Shown: positions 19,146 to 27,348 of the stretch, in pieces
How the letters are laid out: the number at the start of each line of letters is the position of its first letter
Numbering within the stretch: the stretch's first letter is position 1
Origin: Alphaproteobacteria bacterium
GTDB lineage: Bacteria > Pseudomonadota > Alphaproteobacteria > SP197
DNA: 64,000 nt
Reading direction: 5' to 3'
NCBI GenBank assembly: GCA_965228895.1
Contig: OZ245842.1
Span: 4,128,001-4,192,000, forward strand
Translations under genes and position numbers: made by a program
Notes under the pieces: generated by a model
The model's database searches: none
Seen by the model: only the letters and a program-made list of their open reading frames with translations
Told to the model about the DNA's origin: nothing

Positions 19146-19167
19146 TGTGAGTGGAAGGGAGGCCGCG

Positions 19168-20172
19168 ATGGACGACGCGGCGTTATCGCACGACAACCTG
19201 GTTGAACGGCTGCACGCGCTGGCCAACGCGGCGCTTCCTCTGTGGGGCGTGCCGGAGGGCGCGACGGCGCGGCTGATCAACCTGTCGGAAAACGCGACCT
19301 ATATGGTCGAAGGTCCGAACGGCTATCGGTCCGTCCTGCGCGTGCATCGCGAGGACTATCACACCGTCAACGCCATCGGTTGCGAACTCGCTTGGATGGC
19401 GGCGCTGAAGAACGAGGGTGGTGTCGATACGCCGCCCGCCATCCCCGGCAAGGACGGCGAACTCATCCAGACCGCCGGCATCGAGGGGCTACCCCGGCCG
19501 CGCCAGATGGTGATGTTCCAGTTTGTCGAAGGCGAGGAGCCGGACGAGACCGCCGATCTGGTCGGCCCGTTCGAGGAACTCGGCGAGATCGCCGCACGCA
19601 CCCACGTCCACGTCGCCAATTGGGAAAAACCGGCGTCGTTCGAGCGCCTTATCTGGGATTACGAGCACACGCTGGGTTCAACACCCAACTGGGGCGACTG
19701 GCGCGCCGCGCCGGCCATGGACGCGGCGGCCCTGGCGGTCCTGGAACGCCAGCAGGAGGTCATTCGCCAGCGCCTGGAAGCGTTCGGCATGGGCCCGGAG
19801 CGCTATGGCCTGATCCACGCCGATATGCGCCTGGCGAACCTCTTGATCCACGAAGGCGCGACACGGCTGATCGATTTCGACGACTGCGGGCTCGGCTGGC
19901 ACATGTACGACTTCGCCGCCGGCGTGAGTTTCATCGAGGACAGCCCGCAGATCCCGGCCTTGAAGAACGCCTGGGTCAAGGGCTACCGCAAGGTGATCGA
20001 TCTGCCGGCCGAAGACGAGGCGGAGATCGATACCTTCGTCATGCTGCGCCGCATGGTGCTGCTGGCCTGGATCGGCTCGCATATCGAGACCGATCTGGCC
20101 CAGGAGATGGGCAGGACGTTTACGAAGGTCTCCGTCGATCTGGCCGAGGACTACCTCTCCCGCTTTGGCTGA
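19168..20172 (+). CDS. Aminopropanol kinase (aminoglycoside phosphotransferase family)
   Basis: LSENATY, LRVHR, IHADMRLANLL and IDFDDCG motifs; AAU locus context (MSMEG_0270-like). Confidence 0.85.
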   Translation: MDDAALSHDNLVERLHALANAALPLWGVPEGATARLINLSENATYMVEGPNGYRSVLRVHREDYHTVNAIGCELAWMAALKNEGGVDTPPAIPGKDGELIQTAGIEGLPRPRQMVMFQFVEGEEPDETADLVGPFEELGEIAARTHVHVANWEKPASFERLIWDYEHTLGSTPNWGDWRAAPAMDAAALAVLERQQEVIRQRLEAFGMGPERYGLIHADMRLANLLIHEGATRLIDFDDCGLGWHMYDFAAGVSFIEDSPQIPALKNAWVKGYRKVIDLPAEDEAEIDTFVMLRRMVLLAWIGSHIETDLAQEMGRTFTKVSVDLAEDYLSRFG

Positions 20173-20186
20173 GGGCAGGCGCGCGC

Positions 20187-20218
20187 CTGTCAACCGAAAT
20201 GGGGTCGCTGTCAAGCGG
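20187..20218 (+). promoter_or_regulatory. Second putative AraC operator / internal promoter for the BMC core operon
   Basis: ctgtcaa-N14-ctgtcaagcgg in a 91-bp intergenic gap, followed about 21 bp later by TAACGT (possible -10). Confidence 0.55.
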
Positions 20219-20263
20219 CTCCGGGCTTCCGGTCCTAACGTTCTTTGATCGCGAGGAGCCCGA

Positions 20264-21532
20264 ATGAGCCAGGAAAAGCTCGAATTTCTAGAGAGGTCGC
20301 GGACCTTCTGGAACCCGCGCAAGACGCAGGATTGGCAGGACATGGGCGTCGATCTGGTGATCGATCGGCGCGAGGGTTACTACCTCTATGACATGGACGG
20401 CCGCCGCCTGATCGACGTCCATCTGAACGGTGGCACCTACAACCTGGGCCACCGTCATCCCGAGCTGGTCGAGGTGTTGAAGGCCGGCACCGCGCGCTTC
20501 GACATGGGTAACCACCATTTTCCCGCGCTCGCGCGCACCGCCCTGGCCGAGGCGCTGTCGCTGTGCACGCCCGGTGATCTCAAATACACGATGTACGGCG
20601 CCGGCGGCGCGGAAGCCATCGAGCTTGCCATCAAGTCGGCCCGCCACGCCGCCCAGAAACGCAAGATCGTCTCGATCGTGAAGGCCTATCACGGTCACAG
20701 CGGTCTTTCGGTCAAGGCCGGCGACGAACGGTTTTCGAAGATCTTCCTGTCGGAAGACACCGAGGGCGAGTTCGTCCAGGTACCGTTCAACGACCTGAAC
20801 GCCATGGAGGACGCGCTGAAGGGCCGCGACGTCGCCGCCGTCCTGATGGAGACGATCCCCGCGACCTATGGCTTTCCCATGCCGCACGAAGGCTACCTGC
20901 CGGGCGTGAAGCAGCTTTGCGAGCGCTACGACGCCTTCTATGTCGCCGACGAGGTGCAGACCGGCCTGATGCGCACCGGCGACATGTGGGGCATTACCCG
21001 CTACGGCGTCGAGCCGGACATTCTGGTCACTGGCAAGGGCATCACCGGCGGGCTTTACCCGATCTCCTGCTGCGTGGCGTCGGAGCGCTGCGCCGGCTGG
21101 CTCAAGATCGACGGTTTCGCCCACATGTCGACGGCGGGCGGCGCGGAACTCGGCTGCATCGTCGCCATGAAAACGCTTGAGATCCTGCAGCGCCCGGAGG
21201 TCCGGACCATGGTCCGCTACGTCTCCGACTACATGCGCCAGGGCCTTAACCAGATCCAGGACATCTACCCCGATTTCTTTGTCGGCATCCGCCAGCACGG
21301 CGTCGTCATGGGCCTTGAGTTCAATCACGAACAAGGCGCCAAACCGGTGATGAAACACCTCTACGAAAACGGTGTGTGGGCGATCTTCTCGACGCTGGAT
21401 CCGCGGGTCCTGCAGTTCAAGCCGGGCATCCTGATGACCCAGGCCGAATGCGAGGACCTGCTGCGCCGTGTCGAGATCGCCATCGGGCTGGCCCGCCAGG
21501 AAATCATGGGCGGTCAGCGGAGGATCGCCTAG
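20264..21532 (+). CDS. Class III aminotransferase-fold enzyme, probable O-phospho-aminopropanol phospho-lyase (BMC signature enzyme)
   Basis: HLNGGTYNLGHR, YHGH, ETIPATYG, ADEVQTGL.RTG and TGKG motifs; AAU locus position. Confidence 0.8.
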   Translation: MSQEKLEFLERSRTFWNPRKTQDWQDMGVDLVIDRREGYYLYDMDGRRLIDVHLNGGTYNLGHRHPELVEVLKAGTARFDMGNHHFPALARTALAEALSLCTPGDLKYTMYGAGGAEAIELAIKSARHAAQKRKIVSIVKAYHGHSGLSVKAGDERFSKIFLSEDTEGEFVQVPFNDLNAMEDALKGRDVAAVLMETIPATYGFPMPHEGYLPGVKQLCERYDAFYVADEVQTGLMRTGDMWGITRYGVEPDILVTGKGITGGLYPISCCVASERCAGWLKIDGFAHMSTAGGAELGCIVAMKTLEILQRPEVRTMVRYVSDYMRQGLNQIQDIYPDFFVGIRQHGVVMGLEFNHEQGAKPVMKHLYENGVWAIFSTLDPRVLQFKPGILMTQAECEDLLRRVEIAIGLARQEIMGGQRRIA

Positions 21533-23100
21533 TGGAGGCGCAGGTCCGCACGCTGGTCGACATCTCCGGCAGCAAGGCGGCGATGACCGGTCGCGCCAAC
21601 CTGATGCTGGAGCGCGCAGGCTGGGCGTCCCAGGTCTTCCTGCGCTACGACCGCGACGCCACCATGAAGATCGTCGACGCGGTCGCCGATGCGGCCTTTG
21701 CCAACGCCGGACGCTTCGCCGAACTGGCGGTCGAGGAAACCGGTTTCGGCGTCGCCGCCCACAAGAAACTCAAGAACGAACTGACATCCCACGCTCTCGT
21801 CGATTTCTACCGTGACCAGGACTATGTCAGTCCGCGCATCGACGAGGCGCGCAAGATCGTCGAGATACCGCGGCCCGCCGGTGTCGTCTTTGCGCTCGCG
21901 CCATCGACAAACCCGATCGCGACGCTGAACTTCAAGACCATCATGGCGCTGATGACACGCAACGCCATCGTCTTCAGCCCGCATCCCGCGGCACGCAAGT
22001 CCTGCGTCGAAGCGTGCCGTATCCTGGAAGACGCGGCGGTCGCCGCCGGCGCGCCGGACGGCATCATCCAGATCATCGAAGACCCGACGGTACCGCTGAT
22101 CGAAGAGTTCATGGCCTCGCCCAAGACCGACGTCATCCTGGCGACGGGCGGCACGGCCATGGTGCGCGCGGCCTATTCCTCGTCCAATCCGGCGATCGGC
22201 GTCGGTCCCGGCAATGCGCCGGTTTATGTCGATTCAAGCGCCGACCTCGACAAGGCGGCCAAACGCATCGTCGCATCCAAGAGCTTCGACAATTCGGTTC
22301 TCTGCACCAACGAGTCGACGCTGATCACGCTGGACGAGGTCGACCAGCGCCTGCGGCGCAGCCTGCAGCAGGCGGGTGCCTATGTCTGCTCCGACGACGA
22401 GGTCGCGCAACTGCGCACCTACCTCTTCCACGACCGCGGCTTCAACATCGAGGCTATCGGTCGCGACGCCACCTGGATCGCCGGCGAGTGCGGCATCAAG
22501 GTGCCGGGCAAGACCAAGATCCTGCTCGCGCCGATCACCCAGATCGGCATCGAGGAACCGCTGTCGAAGGAAAAGCTCTGCCCGGTGCTCGCCTATCACG
22601 TGGCGTCCAGCCGCGGTCAGGCGATCGCTCAGGCACGCGCGCTGCTGCGCCTGACCGGCGCCGGTCACTCCGCCGCGATCCACGCCAACGACCCCGCCGT
22701 GCCCCTCGCTTACGCCTCGGCGGTCGAGAGCTATCGCGTTGTCGTCAACGCGCCGTGCAGCCAGGGTGCGGCCGGTTTCGACACCAATCTTGCGCCGACC
22801 TTCACCATCGGCACGGGCTTTTTCGGCAGGAGTTCGATCGGCGAGAACATCGGGCCGCACCATCTGATCCACTGGACGCGCCTCGCCCACAACACCGCGG
22901 CCGACGAGGTCATGGGCGACTATCGCGGTCTCAGGCAACAGCTTGATGGGCCACTGCAGCAGGCGCCGTCCGACGGCGTGCCCGGCCTTTCCATGGCGCC
23001 GCGACAGCAGCAGCCCGCCTCGGCCGCTATCGATGCCAGCACGCGCGAGGAACTGCGGCGGTTGATCGCAGAAGAACTGCGCGCGGCGCTGAAGACATAG
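21532..23100 (+). CDS. CoA-acylating aldehyde dehydrogenase with C-terminal encapsulation peptide
   Basis: PSTNP, ATGG, GVGPGN, SKSFDN.VLC..E, EKLCP and GHSA motifs; linker then amphipathic TREELRRLIAEELRAALKT; GTG start overlaps the upstream TAG. Confidence 0.9.
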   Translation: MEAQVRTLVDISGSKAAMTGRANLMLERAGWASQVFLRYDRDATMKIVDAVADAAFANAGRFAELAVEETGFGVAAHKKLKNELTSHALVDFYRDQDYVSPRIDEARKIVEIPRPAGVVFALAPSTNPIATLNFKTIMALMTRNAIVFSPHPAARKSCVEACRILEDAAVAAGAPDGIIQIIEDPTVPLIEEFMASPKTDVILATGGTAMVRAAYSSSNPAIGVGPGNAPVYVDSSADLDKAAKRIVASKSFDNSVLCTNESTLITLDEVDQRLRRSLQQAGAYVCSDDEVAQLRTYLFHDRGFNIEAIGRDATWIAGECGIKVPGKTKILLAPITQIGIEEPLSKEKLCPVLAYHVASSRGQAIAQARALLRLTGAGHSAAIHANDPAVPLAYASAVESYRVVVNAPCSQGAAGFDTNLAPTFTIGTGFFGRSSIGENIGPHHLIHWTRLAHNTAADEVMGDYRGLRQQLDGPLQQAPSDGVPGLSMAPRQQQPASAAIDASTREELRRLIAEELRAALKT

Positions 23101-23106
23101 ACCGTC

Positions 23107-23718
23107 ATGGCCGATCTCAGATCCTTCATCTTCATCGACCAGCTGCAGCCCCAGACGCTCGCCTATATCGCGACCTGGATGCGCGGCCACCTGCCGCGCC
23201 GCAACATGGCCGCCCAGATCATCGAGATCGCGCCGGGCCTCGATATCGAGGCGCTGACCGATGTGGCACTCAAGGGCGCCGACGTGAAGGCGGGCATTCT
23301 GGTGGTCGAGCGGCAGTTCGGTTACCTCGAGTTCCATGCCAAGTCGCCGGCGGAAGTCCGCGCCGGCGCCCAGGCTGTGTTGGATGCGCTGGAAGCACGA
23401 CCCGAAGACGCGACGCCGCCGAAGATCCTGGGCTCCAGCATCGTGTCGCGGGTCGATCGGCAACACGCCTTCCTGATCAACCGCAACAAACTGGGTTCGA
23501 TGATCCTGGGCGGCGACTCGCTCTTCCTTCTCGAATGCCAGCCGGCGTCCTACGCCATCCTCGCCTGCAACGAGGCGGAGAAGGAAGCCAACATCAAGGT
23601 CATTGACTACCGCATGATCGGCGCCAACGGCCGCCTCTATCTGGCCGGCCGCGAAGCGGAGATCCGCGCCGCGCACGAGGCCGCCACCCGCGCGCTCGAA
23701 CTCCAGGGCGCGGTTTAG
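23107..23718 (+). CDS. Bacterial microcompartment shell protein BMC-T (tandem, double-stacking type)
   Basis: LRSFIFIDQLQPQ, VERQFGYLEFH, PASYAILACNEAEK and GRLYL motifs. Confidence 0.9.
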   Translation: MADLRSFIFIDQLQPQTLAYIATWMRGHLPRRNMAAQIIEIAPGLDIEALTDVALKGADVKAGILVVERQFGYLEFHAKSPAEVRAGAQAVLDALEARPEDATPPKILGSSIVSRVDRQHAFLINRNKLGSMILGGDSLFLLECQPASYAILACNEAEKEANIKVIDYRMIGANGRLYLAGREAEIRAAHEAATRALELQGAV

Positions 23719-23729
23719 GGAGCGGGGCG

Positions 23730-24167
23730 TTGGTCGAGGAACTCAGAGGCGTCATCCGCGAACTCCTGGCCGAGGAACTGGCCAAGGTGCGCGCGGAGAT
23801 GGGCGGCAAACCGTCGAACCCAGGCGTTCGCGAGGAAGCGGTGACGATCGCGTCCGACCAGGACCTTGAGACTTTCGTCAAACGGCTGATGGCGCTTGCG
23901 AGCGATCCCAAGGCGCGCGCGGAGATCGAGGCCGGCCGACACCGGTTTCGTCTGGACGGGGGTGTGCAAACCGCCACACCGGCCGCGCCCAGCGCGTCGG
24001 GCGGCGCCACTCCACATTTCGACCGGGGCGTCGTCACCGAGCGTGACGTCGGCAAATTGCCACCCGGTCTCACCACGGTCCGGGTGAGCAAGCGCGTGCG
24101 CTTCACGCCGCTCGCCAAGGACGAACTACGCCGACGCGGCGTCACCATCGAAAGGACATCGTCATGA
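23730..24167 (+). CDS. AAU/RMM conserved hypothetical protein with N-terminal encapsulation peptide
   Basis: N-terminal EELRGVIRELLAEEL amphipathic helix; C-terminal GVVTE...TPLAKD.LR motif as in EutQ/PduM-like N-terminal domains. Confidence 0.72.
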   Translation: MVEELRGVIRELLAEELAKVRAEMGGKPSNPGVREEAVTIASDQDLETFVKRLMALASDPKARAEIEAGRHRFRLDGGVQTATPAAPSASGGATPHFDRGVVTERDVGKLPPGLTTVRVSKRVRFTPLAKDELRRRGVTIERTSS

Positions 24168-24409
24168 TCCGTGGTCGCGTGAAGGGCCGGGTCTGGTCCT
24201 CCAAACATATCGAGACACTGCCCAATGGCGGCCTGCTTGAGGTCGAGACCGAAGGCGGCGGCACGCTGGTCGCCTTCGATCCGCTCGGCTGCGCCGACGG
24301 CGAGGCGGTGTTGGTCACGCAAGGTTCGGTGGCCGCCGGTTATTTCACCGGCACCAAGGCGCCGGTCGACGCGTTGATCATCGGCTCGATCGACGAAGAC
24401 GGCGGCTAG
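24164..24409 (+). CDS. BMC vertex protein BMC-P (EutN/CcmL family)
   Basis: G.V.G.VWS.K, VAFDPLG...GE.VLV.QGS.A and DALIIG.ID motifs. Confidence 0.92.
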   Translation: MIRGRVKGRVWSSKHIETLPNGGLLEVETEGGGTLVAFDPLGCADGEAVLVTQGSVAAGYFTGTKAPVDALIIGSIDEDGG

Positions 24410-24509
24410 AGCCATGGCCCGAGCCGCCACCCGCAAACGTTCACCCGCAGGCACGGCCAAGCGGGCATCATCCGGCCCCAAGGCCGCATCGCAGAAGGAA
24501 GGAAATCCC

Positions 24510-24791
24510 ATGTCGAACCAGGCGATTGGAATGATCGAAACCAAAGGCTTCGTTGCGGCGCTCGCCGCGGCCGATGCCATGGTCAAAGCGGCGAACGTCA
24601 CCATCGTGGCGCGCGAGGAAGTCGGCGACGGCCTTGTCGCGGTTGTCATCAAGGGCGATGTCGGCGCCGTCAAGGCGGCGACCGAAGCCGGTGCGGAGAC
24701 CGCCAACCAGGTTGGCGAGATGGTCTCCGTCCACGTCATTCCGCGGCCCCACGCCGACCTCGGCAAGTACTTCGACTCCACCGGTAAGTGA
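24510..24791 (+). CDS. BMC hexamer shell protein BMC-H
   Basis: AIGMIETKG...[11 protein letters not shown]...GDVGAVKAA...[22 protein letters not shown] before ATG 24510; an alternative in-frame ATG lies at 24414. Confidence 0.95.
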   Translation: MSNQAIGMIETKGFVAALAAADAMVKAANVTIVAREEVGDGLVAVVIKGDVGAVKAATEAGAETANQVGEMVSVHVIPRPHADLGKYFDSTGK

Positions 24792-24837
24792 CGCCTCCCT
24801 CCCCGTCCCCGTCTCCGTCAGATCGGGCGAGGCGTCG

Positions 24838-25467
24838 ATGACCGAGCTACGAGTCTATCTGCCGATCCACGATCTGCAGCCACAGTTCGCGGCTTATCTG
24901 AGCTCGCCGACGCGCGCGCGCGGCTACCCGCCGTTCGAGCACGAGCACAGTCTGATCATCGAAGTCTCCCCGGCGCTGTCGATCCACCGGATCATCGATC
25001 TGGCCCTGAAGGCAGCGCCCGACATGGAGCCGGGCATCCTGTTTACCGAACGCCAGTTTGGTCTTCTGGAACTGCACTCCGAAGACGAGACGGCGCTGGC
25101 CGACGCCGGTCAGGCCATTCTCGACGGTATCGGCGCCAAGGCGGCGGACCAGTTAGCACCGACGATTTTGTTTCACGACATCATCGAGGATATCGCCGAT
25201 CAGCACGCGATCATCCTGAACCGGACCCGCGACGCCTCGATCCTGGTGCCCGGCACCTCGCTGCTGGTCTACGAAATGGCGCCCGCTCTCTTCGCCTGCG
25301 TCGCGGCGAACGAGGCCGAACGCGCGGCACCCGAAGCCGCCATCAACGATGTCCAGATGATGGGCGCGTCCGGCCGCATCTTCATGTCCGGCAGCACCGA
25401 CGACATGATCCGCGCCCGCGACACCATCACCAAAACGCTTGAGGCCATCGACGGCCGCAAGTCCTGA
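24838..25467 (+). CDS. Second BMC-T shell protein
   Basis: ELRVY...DLQPQFA.Y, ERQFGLLELH, PALFA..AANEAER and GASGR motifs. Confidence 0.88.
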   Translation: MTELRVYLPIHDLQPQFAAYLSSPTRARGYPPFEHEHSLIIEVSPALSIHRIIDLALKAAPDMEPGILFTERQFGLLELHSEDETALADAGQAILDGIGAKAADQLAPTILFHDIIEDIADQHAIILNRTRDASILVPGTSLLVYEMAPALFACVAANEAERAAPEAAINDVQMMGASGRIFMSGSTDDMIRARDTITKTLEAIDGRKS

Positions 25468-25474
25468 CGGGCAA

Positions 25475-25636
25475 CCTCCCTCTCCCCTTGAGGGAGAGGG
25501 CCGGGGTGAGGGGTCGCGCGCGAGCGCCCCAAGAAAGCAGATTTGTTAGACGGAGTCGCCTTCCCCCTCACCCAGCTTCGGCTAGGTCGCTAACGCGACC
25601 AAGCCTGCGCAACCCTCTCCCTCGCTGGGGAGAGGG
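25475..25636. repeat. Alphaproteobacterial palindromic repeat element between convergent operons
   Basis: ccctctcccc..gggagaggg..ggggtgagggg and ccccctcaccc....ccctctccc..ggggagaggg inverted arms. Confidence 0.75.
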
Positions 25637-25647
25637 AACCAACGAGT

Positions 25648-26451
25648 TCATGTGCGACTCGGCCCACGCGACCACGATGGTTTCTCGCCGTCGAAGAAAC
25701 AGCGGATGCCTTCCTGGGCTTCCGCCGTTTCCCAGCGGTCGGCCAGACTTTCCGACGTAAACGCATGCTGGTCGTCGATCCGGTCGCGCGACAGGGCCAG
25801 GCACAACGCCTTGGCGTCGGCGACCGCGCCGGGCGCGCAGTCCAGGAACCACCCGACCTCCGCCTCGACCGCGTCGTCCAGACCGTCAGCGTCGACGACC
25901 TCACTGACCAGACCGAGGTCGCGGGCCGCTGCTGCGTCGAAACGTTTGCCGTTCATGAAGATGCGCCGCGTGTTTCCCTCGCCCAGACGGCGTACGACAT
26001 AGGGACCGATGTTGGCGGGAATGACGCCAAGGCGCGTTTCGGTGAGCGCGAACTTCGCGTGCGACGCCGCAACAACGATATCGCAGACCGCCATCATGCC
26101 GATGCCACCGCCGAAGGCCTGGCCGTGCACCCGACCGATCAGCGGTTTCGGCAGGCTGTCGAGGTCGCTCAGCATGCGGGCAAGCTCCAGGGATTCCGTA
26201 ATCTTGCCGACACGGTCGCGGTCGAACTGCGCGCGCATCCAGGTGAGATCGGCGCCGGCGGAGAAACTCTTGCCTTCACCGGCAAGCACCACGGCGCGTA
26301 CGCCACCGTCCTTGGCCAGATCAGATGCGGCCTGACGCAACTCGCTGATCATCTGGGTGTTCAACGCGTTGTGTTTCTCAGGACGCGCCAACCAAAGATG
26401 GGCGACGCCGCGCTCGTCTGTCTCGATGCGAAGGGTTTCGAAGCCTGTCAT
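25648..26451 (-). CDS. liuC: Methylglutaconyl-CoA hydratase (crotonase family)
   Basis: RPEKHNAL, FSAGADL, GGG.G and FALTETRLG motifs; in the liu operon. Confidence 0.82.
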   Translation of the reverse strand: MTGFETLRIETDERGVAHLWLARPEKHNALNTQMISELRQAASDLAKDGGVRAVVLAGEGKSFSAGADLTWMRAQFDRDRVGKITESLELARMLSDLDSLPKPLIGRVHGQAFGGGIGMMAVCDIVVAASHAKFALTETRLGVIPANIGPYVVRRLGEGNTRRIFMNGKRFDAAAARDLGLVSEVVDADGLDDAVEAEVGWFLDCAPGAVADAKALCLALSRDRIDDQHAFTSESLADRWETAEAQEGIRCFFDGEKPSWSRGPSRT

Positions 26452-26453
26452 GG

Positions 26454-27341
26454 TCAATCCGCTTTGCCGTGATCGCCTTCAATAGCCGATCTCCAGGGTT
26501 GGTTGTTCAAGTAACGCTCGACGTCCGACAGCCGCGCCCGGTCGATGCCAGTCGCGAAGCCCAGCGATGCCAGCCGGTCGGCCACGGGCCCCGTCGCGAC
26601 GTTGCCCTTGGCGCCTAGCGCATAAGGACAACCGCCGAGCCCGCCGACCGCGGCATCGAACGTGCGCAGGCCCTTCTCGAGGCTCACCTCGATGTTGTCG
26701 AGCGCGCGGCCGCCGGTGTCGTGATAGTGGCCCGCAAGTTTGCTGGCGGACACGACGGCAAGCACGGCATCCAGCATGGCGGCGATCGTCTGGGGCGTAC
26801 CTCTGCCGATGGTATCGCCCAGCGACACCTCATAGCAGCCCATGCCAATCAAGCGCGACGCGACGTCGGCCACCTGCTTTGGCGGCGTCGCGCCGTCATA
26901 GGGACAATCGGTCACGCAGGAAACGTAGCCACGCACGGGCACGCCGTCGTTCTTGGCGGCTTCAAGCACCGGCTCGAAACGCTCCAGGCTCTCGGCGATC
27001 GAGCAGTTGATGTTCTTGTGGCTGAACCCCTCGGATGCCGAAGCAAAGATCGCGACCTCGTCTGCCTCAGCCGCTTTGGCGCCGTCATAGCCCCGCATGT
27101 TCGGCGTCAGCACCGCATAGGTGACGCCGGGTCTACGCTCGATGCCGGCCATGACCTCCGCCGCATCCGCCATCTGGGGCACCCATTTGGGGCTGACGAA
27201 ACTTGTCACCTCGATCTTCGAAAACCCGCAACCGGACAGCATGTCGACGAGGCGGATTTTATCGGCGGTCAGGACGAACTCTTTCTCGTTCTGCAGCCCG
27301 TCGCGCGGACCCATCTCGAAGATCGTTACATGCTCGCGCAT
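26454..27341 (-). CDS. liuE: Hydroxymethylglutaryl-CoA lyase
   Basis: GPRDGLQNE, SFVSPKWVPQMAD, SLGDTIG, HYHDT and GGLGGCPY motifs. Confidence 0.92.
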   Translation of the reverse strand: MREHVTIFEMGPRDGLQNEKEFVLTADKIRLVDMLSGCGFSKIEVTSFVSPKWVPQMADAAEVMAGIERRPGVTYAVLTPNMRGYDGAKAAEADEVAIFASASEGFSHKNINCSIAESLERFEPVLEAAKNDGVPVRGYVSCVTDCPYDGATPPKQVADVASRLIGMGCYEVSLGDTIGRGTPQTIAAMLDAVLAVVSASKLAGHYHDTGGRALDNIEVSLEKGLRTFDAAVGGLGGCPYALGAKGNVATGPVADRLASLGFATGIDRARLSDVERYLNNQPWRSAIEGDHGKAD

Positions 27342-27348
27342 CGCGGTC

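Noticed and set aside
25475-25636. Palindromic region as a possible CRISPR array or ncRNA (also 2712-2849)
   Set aside because: There is no repeat-spacer periodicity and no cas gene. The arms match common alphaproteobacterial intergenic palindromic elements.
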